DNA of 34,349 bases from an uncultured Muribaculaceae bacterium (GTDB lineage Bacteria > Bacillota_I > Bacilli_A > RF39 > UBA660), in NCBI GenBank assembly GCA_964418205.1, contig CAYQKO010000002.1, positions 1 to 34,349 of the forward strand. Reading direction: 5' to 3'. The position numbers and the translations under genes are program-made. The notes below the pieces were generated by a model. That model saw only the letters and a list, made by a program, of their open reading frames with translations, did no database searches and was not told where the DNA came from. Positions 24,922 through 34,345 of this stretch are shown here, in pieces; position 1 is the stretch's first letter; each line of letters opens with the position of its first letter.

Positions 24922-26322
24922 ATGGAGCAAAAAAGTTTATGGCAATCTATATTAGATGAAATATATCCTGAAGTAAATTCGGCCTCATTTCATGCATGGT
25001 TCCATGATTTAAAATTAATTAAAATTCAAGAAAATAAAGTATATATACAGGTGCCAATGGAGATTCATAAGAGAATTTTAATGACAAATTACTATAATTT
25101 AATTGATGATGCCTTTTATAAAGTAACGAATCATAATTACGAATTTGAGTTTTTACTTAAGGAGGAAATTGATGATTCTTTATTTATCGGAGAAAAAATT
25201 GTGGATAATGTGGATAACTTCGTAACTGAGGTTATTGAAAATCAAAAGAATGCAGAGGAAACTCCAGATGAAAAGTGGGTAAGTAACTTAATCCCTGAGC
25301 TTAACTTTGAAAATTATATTGTTGGAGATTCTAATCGACTGGCTAAAACGGCTGGAATGATTGTAGCTGAACAACCTGGAAAAGTTCATAATCCATTATT
25401 TATTTATGGGAAAAGTGGTCTTGGAAAAACGCATTTAATGCACGCAATTGGAAATTATATTGTGAACAACTCTAAGAAAAAAGTGCTATATACAACAAGT
25501 GAAATGTTTAAGGATGACTATATTAACATTTCAAATAGTGAAAATAAGGATAATAATATTCAAGTCGCGGCGAATTTTAAAAAAAAATATCGTGATGTGG
25601 ATGTATTGATTATTGATGATATACAATATTTAGTTGGAGCAGAGAAGACTCAACAAGAGTTTTTTCACACTTTTAATGCTTTGCATCAAGCTAATAAACA
25701 GATTATTATTAGTTCGGATCGTAGTCCAGATGATTTAAAGTTATTGGAAGAAAGACTTCGAAGCCGATTTATGTGGGGGTTGCCTGTTGATATTTATCCA
25801 CCTGATTTTGAGCTACGGTGTAAAATTATTCGAGCTAAATTAAAAAATATGACTATAAGTGCTAAGATTGATGAAAATGTTATTGAATATATTGCAAATA
25901 ATTGCCAAAATGATGTACGATTTTTAGAGGGGGCTTTGAATAGATTAATGGCTTATACGGCAATGATAGTACCACCTAAGGTGGATTTAAACTTTGCTAT
26001 TGAAGCACTCGCAGATTTTGTGAATAAGAATATTTATAAAACAAATAGCATTGAATCGATTCAAAAAGCTGTTGCAGATTATTATGGTATACGAGTGGAG
26101 GATTTAAAAGGAAAGCGACGAAGTGCTGATATTGCATATCCAAGACAAATTGCAATGTATTTATCTAGAACGTTAACTGGGGAAAATCTTAATCGAATTG
26201 GTTTAGAATTTGGTGGAAGGGATCATTCGACAGTTATCCACGCTTGTGATAAAATAGTAGAGGAATTAAAGGGAAACAAAAAACTGGAAAATGAGTTAAA
26301 GGAGATTCAAAATAAGATGTGA
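24922..26322 (+). CDS. dnaA: chromosomal replication initiator protein DnaA
   Basis: 466 aa with Walker A GKSGLGKTHL, Walker B VLIIDDIQ, sensor/box VII region SSDR, and a C-terminal DNA-binding domain (YPRQIAMYL, GGRDHSTVIHA). It ends with a TGA stop. Confidence 0.97.
   Translation: MEQKSLWQSILDEIYPEVNSASFHAWFHDLKLIKIQENKVYIQVPMEIHKRILMTNYYNLIDDAFYKVTNHNYEFEFLLKEEIDDSLFIGEKIVDNVDNFVTEVIENQKNAEETPDEKWVSNLIPELNFENYIVGDSNRLAKTAGMIVAEQPGKVHNPLFIYGKSGLGKTHLMHAIGNYIVNNSKKKVLYTTSEMFKDDYINISNSENKDNNIQVAANFKKKYRDVDVLIIDDIQYLVGAEKTQQEFFHTFNALHQANKQIIISSDRSPDDLKLLEERLRSRFMWGLPVDIYPPDFELRCKIIRAKLKNMTISAKIDENVIEYIANNCQNDVRFLEGALNRLMAYTAMIVPPKVDLNFAIEALADFVNKNIYKTNSIESIQKAVADYYGIRVEDLKGKRRSADIAYPRQIAMYLSRTLTGENLNRIGLEFGGRDHSTVIHACDKIVEELKGNKKLENELKEIQNKM
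25200..25217 (+). promoter_or_regulatory. tandem pair of perfect DnaA boxes inside the dnaA coding sequence
   Basis: TGTGGATAATGTGGATAA encodes (I)VDNVDN(F) in the DnaA domain II linker. It is identical to the 18-mer at 24769-24786 in the upstream oriC cluster. Confidence 0.7.
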
Positions 26323-26422
26323 TGTGAATAAGTTATTGGAATTGTGGATAGTTATGCACATGATATTTTTTTAACGAATGTAGTGTTTTAGGACTTTGAG
26401 AGAGTTATTCACATTATCCACA
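26323..26422. other. oriC, downstream DnaA-box cluster (dnaA-dnaN spacer)
   Basis: Boxes are TGTGAATAA 26323-26331, TGTGGATAG 26343-26351, TTATGCACA 26353-26361, and TTATTCACA 26405-26413 abutting a perfect TTATCCACA at 26414-26422. Confidence 0.85.
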
Positions 26423-26460
26423 TCATTATTATTATGAATATATAAATTAATAAAAAGAAA
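26423..26460. other. candidate DNA unwinding element (AT-rich) with trinucleotide repeats next to the last DnaA box
   Basis: TCATTATTATTATGAATATATAAATTAATAAAAAG is almost pure A/T. (ATT)n at 26425-35 starts 2 nt after the box pair (TAA TAA TAA on the other strand). It is followed by a purine (AAAG)n run that carries the dnaN SD. Confidence 0.55.
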
Positions 26461-26481
26461 GAAAGAAAGAAGGAAATAAAA

Positions 26482-27600
26482 ATGAAATTTGCAATTGAAA
26501 AAAGTATATTGTTAGAAAATCTAAATAATGTAGTAAAGGGGATATCTACTAAAAATGTTATACCTGTTTTAAATGGTATCAAGTTTGAATTAACACAAAA
26601 TGGTTTAACTTTAATGGCGAGTGATAGTGAACTTACTGTTGAAACGTTTATTGAAAGTAAGCTTATTCGAAATATCGAAAGTACAGGAACTATTATTATT
26701 AGTAGTAAGTATATTTTGGATATTATTCGTAAAATGCCAAGTGATATTATTTATTTTGAGATGCAAGATAGTTTAAAAATTAAGATCTATTCCGAATTTA
26801 ATCAATATAATTTAAATTGTTTGGATCCTAGTGAATATCCTAGTATAAAATTATTAACACAAAAAGATCCTATTATTATGAAAGCGGATATTTTAAAAGA
26901 ATTAATTAATCAAACTAGTTTTGCTATATCAAATCAAGAGTTAAGACCAATTTTAACAGGCTTAAATCTTAAAATCAATGGGGATTTGTTAGAATGTATT
27001 GCTACTGATTCTTATCGTTTAGCAAAAAAGAATATTAAGATTGATAACGCGGTTGCTGGGGATGTTAATATTGTTATACCTGGTAAAAATGTTATTGAAC
27101 TGGAACATATATTAGTAGATGATGATGAGGTTTATATTCATGTATTTAATAATAGAGTATTATTTCAATATAAAAATATTAAATTTCAAACGAATATTTT
27201 AAGTGGAAGTTATCCGAATACTTCTAATTTAATTCCTACTGAATTTGAAATTATTGTTCAAACGAAAAAGAATGATTTTATGGGAGCAGTGGATCGTGCA
27301 GCATTGCTTACTCAAGGAAAAGATAAGAATATTATTAAAATGAAAATAGAAAATAAAGAAATGACTATTCATTCTTTTGCTTTGGAAATAGGTAAAACAG
27401 AAGAGAGAATACAAATTGATACTAGTGAGGACGCTAATATTGATATATCTTTTAGTGCTAAATATATGCTAGAAGCTTTAAAAACTATAAAAGATGAAGA
27501 TATTTTGATATTACTTAATAATGATGTGAAACCTTTGGTGATTAAGTCTTTAACCGATGAATCTTTAATTCAATTGATTTTACCAATAAAAACTTATTAA
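26482..27600 (+). CDS. dnaN: DNA polymerase III beta sliding clamp
   Basis: 372 aa, MKFAIEKSILLENLNNVVKGIS..., with three-domain clamp length and position after dnaA. A GAAGGAAA SD precedes it. Confidence 0.95.
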   Translation: MKFAIEKSILLENLNNVVKGISTKNVIPVLNGIKFELTQNGLTLMASDSELTVETFIESKLIRNIESTGTIIISSKYILDIIRKMPSDIIYFEMQDSLKIKIYSEFNQYNLNCLDPSEYPSIKLLTQKDPIIMKADILKELINQTSFAISNQELRPILTGLNLKINGDLLECIATDSYRLAKKNIKIDNAVAGDVNIVIPGKNVIELEHILVDDDEVYIHVFNNRVLFQYKNIKFQTNILSGSYPNTSNLIPTEFEIIVQTKKNDFMGAVDRAALLTQGKDKNIIKMKIENKEMTIHSFALEIGKTEERIQIDTSEDANIDISFSAKYMLEALKTIKDEDILILLNNDVKPLVIKSLTDESLIQLILPIKTY

Positions 27601-27629
27601 AAACGTATATAAACTGTATAATGATAGAT

Positions 27630-27657
27630 AACTTTTCTTTTTGGAGAAGTTTTTTTC
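27630..27657 (+). terminator. candidate rho-independent terminator after dnaN
   Basis: AACTTTTC-TTTTTG-GAGAAGTT is an 8-bp stem with one mismatch, followed by TTTTTC. Confidence 0.45.
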
Positions 27658-27691
27658 TTTGTTATGTTAAACTTATAGTAGGTGAGGAAGT

Positions 27692-28087
27692 ATGCCTGTA
27701 AAGAATTTAATCCCTAAAAATGGATTTGTTTTGTTTCTTTTGTTTGTTAGTTCTTTTTTGGTAATTGATGTTATTTTTCAATTTGCAATCTTTCCATTTT
27801 TTCAATCCTATTTTTCTTTTAATTTGTATATGGAAATATTATTTTATTTTGTCTATTATTTTCTATTAGCTATAGTGTCCTATAAAATTACTTTTTCTAA
27901 AAATAGATGCCTTTACTATAAAGATGTTGATAACTTTGTTTTTCGTGTTAGTTTTTTCTTTCCTAGTATTATGGGCATTGTTTATTTATGGAGAGGCGAA
28001 AATTTTACATTCTTAGTTATACGACTACTTCTTTCAATGTATTTTATTTATTTCAATAAAAAATATATTAAAATTTATCAGAAGTGA
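27692..28087 (+). CDS. hypothetical integral membrane protein (about 4 TM, F/Y/L-rich)
   Basis: 131 aa with a GGTGAGGAAG SD 3-4 nt upstream of the ATG. It has four long hydrophobic stretches and no recognisable family. Confidence 0.55.
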   Translation: MPVKNLIPKNGFVLFLLFVSSFLVIDVIFQFAIFPFFQSYFSFNLYMEILFYFVYYFLLAIVSYKITFSKNRCLYYKDVDNFVFRVSFFFPSIMGIVYLWRGENFTFLVIRLLLSMYFIYFNKKYIKIYQK

Positions 28088-28159
28088 CTTTTTTCGACAA
28101 AATTTTTTCTTTTCCTGTGGTATTGTAGAGTCAATTTTCAACTTTTAGGGGGAATTGTT

Positions 28160-28624
28160 ATGGAAAATTACGAAATAAATCGTGATACCTTGGCTCTGAT
28201 GCCTGTTTCTAAAAATAAAGTTAGAGTTTATGAATTAGAAGATGAGTTTATTGTTTACAATAATGTGAATCAAATTATGGAGGATAGTTGTGCATATTTT
28301 GGTAGTTCATTAGATGGACGAAAAAAAGGTACTGAGTCTATGATTGGCATCAATTATAAGGCACCAATTATTGTTGAGGAAACCAATGAGCTTATTTTTT
28401 TTCCAATGAATTCTTCAAGGTATCATGATACTCCTTGGGTAGGTTTAAAACATATTCGGAAGTATTATAAAACTGAAAAGGGTATTGTAGTTGAGTTTTT
28501 AAATGGAAAAAAACTTCTTTTCGATGTATCTTATGGAGTTATGGATAATCAAATTTTACGAGCTACTAGACTTGAAAGTGCATTAAGAGGAAGAAAAGTG
28601 CAAAAAAAACGTTTAAAGTTGTGA
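28160..28624 (+). CDS. comK: ComK-family competence transcription factor
   Basis: SCAYFGSSLDGRKKGT aligns with B. subtilis ComK SCRFFGSSYAGRKAGT. KAPIIVEETNELIFFPMNS aligns with KPPIMVDPSNQIFLFPTLS. It also has the N-terminal YEINRDTLALMP. At 154 aa it lacks the B. subtilis C-terminal tail. An AGGGGGA SD precedes it. Confidence 0.85.
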   Translation: MENYEINRDTLALMPVSKNKVRVYELEDEFIVYNNVNQIMEDSCAYFGSSLDGRKKGTESMIGINYKAPIIVEETNELIFFPMNSSRYHDTPWVGLKHIRKYYKTEKGIVVEFLNGKKLLFDVSYGVMDNQILRATRLESALRGRKVQKKRLKL

Positions 28625-28645
28625 TAAAATGTGTTATACTGTTTG

Positions 28646-28679
28646 TAGGTATAGGAGTATTGTTATACCTATTATTTTT
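28646..28679 (+). terminator. rho-independent terminator after comK
   Basis: TAGGTATA (28646-28653) pairs with TATACCTA (28664-28671) across a 10-nt loop, followed by TTATTTTT. It lies inside the spurious N-terminal extension of the recF ORF-track entry. Confidence 0.6.
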
Positions 28680-28706
28680 CTTAAAATTAAAATTATGGGG
28701 GATTTT

Positions 28707-29810
28707 ATGAGAATTGATCGTTTAAAATTATTAAATTTCAGAAATTATGAACATTTAGATCTTCAATTTCATCCTAAGCTTAATTTAATTTATGGAGAGA
28801 ATGGGTCAGGTAAAACAAATTTAGTAGAGGCTATATATGTTCTTTTTTTGACGCGTAGTTTTCGATCAAACAATGAAAAAACTTTGATTCAGTCGGGGAA
28901 GGATGAGTGCCGAGTTGAGGGAGATATTTATCGAACTTCTTCTACTAATTATCGAGTTTATTTGACAAAAGAAGGAAAAAAAGTAAAAATAAATCATCAA
29001 AAGATATCCAAAATTAGTGATTATATTTCTAATATGGCTATTGTTTTGTTTCATCCAGATGATTTAAGGTTTATTAAAGATGCTCCAAGTACCCGAAGAA
29101 AAACTTTGAATATTTCTATTTCTTTAATATCTTTTCCATATTTACAGGATTTAAATCAATATCAAATTCTTTTAAAACAGCGAAATGCTTATTTGAGACA
29201 AATGGCTGTGAATGCAAACCAAAAAAGTGATTATTTGTATATTTTAACGGATAAGTTATTGGATTTAGGTCTTCGAATTTTTCAAAAAAGAAAAGAATTT
29301 TTAGAACAAATGAATCTTTATTTAGGTTCTTATTATGAAAAAATTACTGGTTCTAAAGGTTTGGGCTTGGAATATTTGTCCTCTTATACAAGTGAATCGA
29401 AAGAAGAAATGCGTATGTTGTATGAGAAGTCTTTTGAGAAGGATTTAAAATTTGGAAAAACGCATATTGGAATTCATATGGATGATGTTCGATTTATTTT
29501 AGATGGAAAAGATTTAAAAGATTATGGAAGTGAAGGACAGCAAAAAAATGCAATTATTGCTTATAAATTTAGTGAATTAGAAATATTTAAAGTTACAACA
29601 GGTAATTATCCTATTTTGATTTTGGATGATTTATTTAGTGAATTGGATCAAGGAAAGATTGAAAATATTTTGAAGTTGCTTCATGATGAGGTACAAACTT
29701 TTATAACGACTACAGAATTAAAATATTTTGATTTCTTGAGTTTATTTGCTTATAAGAAACTTAAAATTGAAGAAGGAATGATAGTGGAGGAGAGTGTACA
29801 TGGAAAATAA
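28707..29810 (+). CDS. recF: DNA replication and repair protein RecF
   Basis: It starts [14 protein letters not shown], with Walker [10 protein letters not shown], the signature GSEGQQKN and Walker B ILILDD. A GGGGGA SD precedes the ATG at 28707; the track start at 28629 runs through a terminator hairpin. Confidence 0.93.
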   Translation: MRIDRLKLLNFRNYEHLDLQFHPKLNLIYGENGSGKTNLVEAIYVLFLTRSFRSNNEKTLIQSGKDECRVEGDIYRTSSTNYRVYLTKEGKKVKINHQKISKISDYISNMAIVLFHPDDLRFIKDAPSTRRKTLNISISLISFPYLQDLNQYQILLKQRNAYLRQMAVNANQKSDYLYILTDKLLDLGLRIFQKRKEFLEQMNLYLGSYYEKITGSKGLGLEYLSSYTSESKEEMRMLYEKSFEKDLKFGKTHIGIHMDDVRFILDGKDLKDYGSEGQQKNAIIAYKFSELEIFKVTTGNYPILILDDLFSELDQGKIENILKLLHDEVQTFITTTELKYFDFLSLFAYKKLKIEEGMIVEESVHGK

Positions 29811-31725
29811 TGAAAAAGTAGAACAACATTATGGTGATAATGATATTCAAGTTCTAGAAGGGCTTGAAGCAGTTCGTAAACGTCCTGGTATGTATATTGG
29901 AAATACGAATGAGGCAGGTCTTCATCATTTAGTTTGGGAAATTGTTGATAACGCGGTTGATGAGGCTTTAGCTGGATATTGTGATGATATTGAAGTGGAA
30001 ATCGGAAAGGGTAATGTTATTACTGTTAAAGACGATGGACGTGGTATGCCGACTGGAACCAATGCTAAGACCGGTTTATCAACAATTGAAACAATTTTTA
30101 CAGTTTTGCATGCTGGTGGTAAATTTGGAGGCGGAGGTTATAAAGTTTCCGGTGGTCTTCATGGTGTTGGTGCTAGTGTTGTAAATGCTTTATCCGATTG
30201 GTTAGAAGTTCGAGTATACCGAGAAGGTAATGTATATTTTATGCGTTTTGAAAATGGAGGACATTCGGTAGAACCTTTGAAAGTTATTGATAAGTGTAGT
30301 GAAGATAGAACTGGAACAACGGTAACTTTTCATGCGGATCCAACGTGTTTTGAAACAACAGTTTATAATTGGGATATTTTATTTAAAAGACTTCAGGAAA
30401 TGGCTTTTTTAAATAAAGGAATACGTATTACATTAATTGATCATCGAGAAGATGAAAGAAAAGAAATTTTTCATTATAATGGTGGGATTATTGAGTATGT
30501 TAATATGCTTAATAAAACGAAGCAACCTTTATTTCCAGATGTTGTTTATGTTGATGGAAGAGAAGATGATATTTTAATTGAAGTAGCGATGCAATATAAT
30601 GATTCCTATAATACTCAAATTTATTCTTTTACCAATAATATTCATACTACTGAAGGTGGAACTCATGAGGATGGTGTGAAACAAGCTTTAACTCGAGTTA
30701 TTAACAGTTATGCTAAGGGAGCTAAAATATTAAAAGACAATGACGATAGTTTAACTGGAGAAGATGTTCGTGAGGGTCTTGTGATGATTATTTCTTGTAA
30801 ACATCCTAATCCTCAATTTGAAGGACAGACAAAAACGAAACTTGGTAATAGTGAAGTAAGGAAAATTGCATCGGATGTGTTTGCTAATGGATTTGAAAGA
30901 TTCTTAATGGAAAATCCTGATGCTGCTCGAGTGATTCTAGAAAAATGTATGACTGCTTCTAGAGCAAGAATGGCTGCTAAGAAGGCACGTGAGCTTACTC
31001 GTCGTAAGGGAGATTTGGATGTAACAAACTTTTATGGAAAACTCGCTGATTGTAAAAGCAAAGATCCAAAAGAATGTGAAATTTTCTTAGTCGAGGGAGA
31101 CAGTGCAGGTGGTTCTGCTAAAAAGGGGCGTAATAGTATGACTCAAGCTATTTTGCCATTACGTGGTAAAATTTTGAATGTAGAGAAGGCTAGGTTGGAT
31201 CGTGCTTTATCGAATGAAGAAATTCGTACGATTATTACTGCTTTTGGTACGGGTATTGGAGATGAATTTGATTTATCGAAATTGCGTTATGATAAAATTA
31301 TTATTATGACCGATGCAGATGTGGATGGTGCTCATATTCGAGTACTTCTATTAACTTTATTTTATCGTTTTTTCCGTCCTATTGTTGAAACTGGACATGT
31401 TTATGCAGCTCAGCCACCATTATTTAGTATTAAACATGGTAAAACAATTAAATATGTTCAAACGGAAGAGGAAAAAAATGCATATCTTGCAAGTTTACCT
31501 GCATCTACAAAACCTGAAATTGGAAGAATGAAAGGTTTAGGAGAGATGAATGCAGATGAGTTATTTGAAACAACTATGGATATAGAACAACGTGTTTTAA
31601 GACAGATAACAGTAGAAGATGCAATTGCAGCAGATCAGATTTTTTCTTTATTAATGGGTGAAGATGTAGAGCCACGTCGAAAATTTATTGAAGAAAATGC
31701 CACTTATGCAGATTTAGATATATAG
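29800..31725 (+). CDS. gyrB: DNA gyrase subunit B
   Basis: It has the GHKL ATPase domain ([32 protein letters not shown]) and Toprim motifs ([29 protein letters not shown]). A GGAGGAG SD precedes the ATG at 29800, which overlaps the recF 3' end by 11 nt. Confidence 0.97.
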   Translation: MENNEKVEQHYGDNDIQVLEGLEAVRKRPGMYIGNTNEAGLHHLVWEIVDNAVDEALAGYCDDIEVEIGKGNVITVKDDGRGMPTGTNAKTGLSTIETIFTVLHAGGKFGGGGYKVSGGLHGVGASVVNALSDWLEVRVYREGNVYFMRFENGGHSVEPLKVIDKCSEDRTGTTVTFHADPTCFETTVYNWDILFKRLQEMAFLNKGIRITLIDHREDERKEIFHYNGGIIEYVNMLNKTKQPLFPDVVYVDGREDDILIEVAMQYNDSYNTQIYSFTNNIHTTEGGTHEDGVKQALTRVINSYAKGAKILKDNDDSLTGEDVREGLVMIISCKHPNPQFEGQTKTKLGNSEVRKIASDVFANGFERFLMENPDAARVILEKCMTASRARMAAKKARELTRRKGDLDVTNFYGKLADCKSKDPKECEIFLVEGDSAGGSAKKGRNSMTQAILPLRGKILNVEKARLDRALSNEEIRTIITAFGTGIGDEFDLSKLRYDKIIIMTDADVDGAHIRVLLLTLFYRFFRPIVETGHVYAAQPPLFSIKHGKTIKYVQTEEEKNAYLASLPASTKPEIGRMKGLGEMNADELFETTMDIEQRVLRQITVEDAIAADQIFSLLMGEDVEPRRKFIEENATYADLDI

Positions 31726-31735
31726 GAGGGTGAGT

Positions 31736-34195
31736 ATGGAAAGAGATAAATTGGAACAAAATAATATTGTGAAAGAAGTAAGTGATTCTTTTATTGATTA
31801 TTCTATGAGTGTTATTACTGCTCGTGCTTTACCAGATCTACGTGATGGTTTAAAGCCAGTTCATCGAAGAATTTTATATTCTATGTATCAATCTGGGTAT
31901 ACTTCTGATAAGCAACATCGTAAGTGTGCACGTATTGTTGGAGATGTTATGGGAAAGTTTCATCCGCATGGGGATTCTTCTATTTATGAAGCAATGGTAC
32001 GTATGGCTCAAGATTTTAGTTATCGTTATATGTTAGTGGATGGACATGGTAATTTTGGTAATATTGATGGAGATGGTGCTGCTGCAATGCGTTATACAGA
32101 GTCTCGTCTTGCTAAAATATCGAATGAATTATTAAGAGATATCAATAAAGATACGGTAAACATGATTCCTAATTTTGATGCTACAGAGGAAGAACCGGAA
32201 GTTTTACCTAGTAGGTTTCCTAATATTTTGGTGAATGGTACGATGGGTATCGCGGTTGGAATGGCAACCAATATACCACCTCATAATTTAGGTGAAGTGA
32301 TTGATGGGTGTGTCGCTTATATTGATAATCCTCATATTGATACAGAAGGATTGATGCAATATATTAAGGGACCTGATTTTCCAACTGGTGCGGTTATTCT
32401 AGGAAATTCTGGTATTAAAAAAGCCTATGAAACTGGTCGCGGAACTATTACGATACGGAGCAAAGCTAGTATTGAAGAAAAAAATGGGCGTTTTTCCATC
32501 GTGATTGATGAAGTGCCTTATGGTGTAAATACGTTAGAACTTAAAAATAAAGTAGCAGAACTTGTTCATAATAAAGTGATTGAGGGTATTAGTGATTATC
32601 ATTCTGATTTGAAAAACGGTATTAAAATTACTATTACTTTGAAAAAGGATGCAAATCCTCAAGTTGTTTTAAATAATTTGTATAAACATACTGCATTTCA
32701 AACAACTTTTGGTATTATTTTCTTAATGATTGATCAAGGGGTTCCTAAAACTTTGGGACTTAGGGATATTATTAGTAAGTATATTGATTATCAAAAAGAA
32801 GTTATTATAAGAAGAACTAAATTTGAACTTAATAAGGCAGAAGCTCGTGTTCATATATTAGAGGGTTTGAAAATAGCTTTAGATCATATTGATGAAGTTA
32901 TTAAACTTATTAAAGAGAGTACAACGGATGAAGATGCTAAAAATGGTTTAATGAATCGTTTTGGTCTTAGTGAAATTCAATCCGATGCTATTTTAGAGAT
33001 GAAATTGCGTCGTTTAACTGGTTTGGAAAAAGAAAAAATTGAGAATGAACTAAATGAGTTATTAAAGAAAATTGACGAGTTACGTGCTATTTTAGCTAGT
33101 GATGAGAAGATATTAGCAATTATAAAAGAAGAGTTGTTAGATATTAAATCGAAATATGCAGATGAACGTCGTACTCATATAGATATGACCGCGATTGAAT
33201 ATATCGAAGATGAATCATTAATTCCTGAAGAAAATATTATGATTGCACTTACAAACAAAGGTTATATTAAACGGACTATGGTGGATACATTTAAGTCTCA
33301 AAATCGCGGAGGTGTTGGTGTTAAAGGTATGGGCACAAATGAAGAAGATTTTGTGGAGCACTTATTAACATTATCTACTCATGATTATGTTTTATTCTTT
33401 ACAAATAAAGGTAAAGTTTATCGTTTAAAAGGATATGAAATACCTGAATTTAGTAGGCAATCAAAGGGTATTCCAGTAATCAATTTATTATCTATTGATA
33501 AGGAAGAATCAATTAATTCGATGATTAAGGTTACAAAAGATGATGAGGCAAAATATTTACTATTTGCAACTAAAAAAGGTATTGTAAAGAAAACTTCTTT
33601 AGAAGAGTTTGAAAATATTCGAACGAATGGAAAGATTTGTATTTCATTACGTGAATCTGATGAGCTTATCAGTGTTCGAAAAACTACAGGACATGATATG
33701 ATTTTATTAGGATCTAATGAAGGACGAATGGTTAAATTTTCTGAAGATACAGTTCGAGTAATGGGTAGAACTGCTAGTGGTGTTCGGGGAATTAATTTGG
33801 AAGATTCTGAGTGTATTGGAGCAGAAATTGCAACAGATGACGATAAGATTTTAATTGTAACTGAGAAAGGTTATGGAAAACAAACAAATGTTCGTGAATA
33901 TAGACAGACTAGTAGAGGTAGTAAAGGTGTCAAAGCTTTGAATATTACTGATAAAAATGGTTCTATTGCTTCATTTAAGCTTGTAGAAGATAATTCTGAT
34001 GTTGTTATAATAACGAATACTGGTATGCTAATTAGATTGCCTTTGAATCAAGTGTCAACATTAGGTAGAGTAACACAAGGTGTGCGGTTGATTAATTTAA
34101 AAGATAGTCAATTAGTATCTACGATAAGTATAGTAGAACATGAAAACAAGGCTGATGATTTAGAATTATCTGAAACTAAAAAGACTAGCGATTAG
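31736..34195 (+). CDS. gyrA: DNA gyrase subunit A
   Basis: It has [12 protein letters not shown], the [17 protein letters not shown], the catalytic Tyr in AAAMRYTE, and the GyrA-box [10 protein letters not shown]. An AGGAGGG SD lies 5 nt upstream of the ATG at 31736; the track start at 31730 is GTG. Confidence 0.97.
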   Translation: MERDKLEQNNIVKEVSDSFIDYSMSVITARALPDLRDGLKPVHRRILYSMYQSGYTSDKQHRKCARIVGDVMGKFHPHGDSSIYEAMVRMAQDFSYRYMLVDGHGNFGNIDGDGAAAMRYTESRLAKISNELLRDINKDTVNMIPNFDATEEEPEVLPSRFPNILVNGTMGIAVGMATNIPPHNLGEVIDGCVAYIDNPHIDTEGLMQYIKGPDFPTGAVILGNSGIKKAYETGRGTITIRSKASIEEKNGRFSIVIDEVPYGVNTLELKNKVAELVHNKVIEGISDYHSDLKNGIKITITLKKDANPQVVLNNLYKHTAFQTTFGIIFLMIDQGVPKTLGLRDIISKYIDYQKEVIIRRTKFELNKAEARVHILEGLKIALDHIDEVIKLIKESTTDEDAKNGLMNRFGLSEIQSDAILEMKLRRLTGLEKEKIENELNELLKKIDELRAILASDEKILAIIKEELLDIKSKYADERRTHIDMTAIEYIEDESLIPEENIMIALTNKGYIKRTMVDTFKSQNRGGVGVKGMGTNEEDFVEHLLTLSTHDYVLFFTNKGKVYRLKGYEIPEFSRQSKGIPVINLLSIDKEESINSMIKVTKDDEAKYLLFATKKGIVKKTSLEEFENIRTNGKICISLRESDELISVRKTTGHDMILLGSNEGRMVKFSEDTVRVMGRTASGVRGINLEDSECIGAEIATDDDKILIVTEKGYGKQTNVREYRQTSRGSKGVKALNITDKNGSIASFKLVEDNSDVVIITNTGMLIRLPLNQVSTLGRVTQGVRLINLKDSQLVSTISIVEHENKADDLELSETKKTSD

Positions 34196-34206
34196 TCTTT
34201 TTTTTA
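34178..34206 (+). terminator. rho-independent terminator after gyrA
   Basis: AAAAAGACTA-GCGAT-TAGTCTTTTT is a GACTA/TAGTC core extended by A/T pairs, followed by a T-run. It overlaps the gyrA stop. Confidence 0.6.
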
Positions 34207-34222
34207 TGTTTCACGTGAAACA
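34207..34222. promoter_or_regulatory. parS site (perfect consensus)
   Basis: TGTTTCACGTGAAACA is a 16/16 match to the Firmicute parS consensus TGTTNCACGTGAAACA. It sits within an 18-bp perfect palindrome (34206-34223). Confidence 0.85.
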
Positions 34223-34329
34223 TACATTGATCTAATTGTATTTAAAAGTATTTAAAGTTTAAAATTTTAATATATTTGATAAAATATTTAAATAAAAAAA
34301 TAGGCATTTATCCTGATTGTGAATAACAA

Positions 34330-34345
34330 TGTTTCACGTGAAACA
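34330..34345. promoter_or_regulatory. parS site (perfect consensus), second copy
   Basis: TGTTTCACGTGAAACA sits within a 22-bp perfect palindrome CAATGTTTCACGTGAAACATTG (34327-34348). A DnaA-box-like TGTGAATAA lies at 34318-34326 just before it. Confidence 0.85.

Noticed and set aside
26455-26473. The (AAAG)n purine microsatellite before dnaN, considered as a possible repeat element.
   Set aside because: It is short (about 4 units) and doubles as the purine-rich SD region of dnaN. It shows no sign of being part of a larger repeat family in the window.
28088-28159. ComK-box-like A4-N5-T4 patterns upstream of comK (AAAATTTTTTCTTTT, AATTTTCAACTTTT).
   Set aside because: In DNA this AT-rich such patterns occur by chance. 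The half-sites are imperfect and the spacing does not fit the 8/18/31-bp dyad rule.
912-30184. Many 60-140-aa ORFs in the track lie antisense to, or out of frame within, well-supported genes. They are 912-1145, 1549-1755, 3033-3230, 3340-3594, 3920-4189, 6100-6402, 6463-6882, 7313-7531, 10487-10672, 15740-15931, 17343-17528, 19119-19382, 19626-19883, 19938-20147, 20726-20929, 21701-21916, 22670-22882, 22963-23223, 23060-23257, 27229-27414, 28866-29054 and 29981-30184.
   Set aside because: Each is fully embedded in a longer ORF with clear homology or motifs. Their F/L/S/I-rich low-complexity products are what the reverse strand of AT-rich coding DNA yields, and none has a convincing SD.
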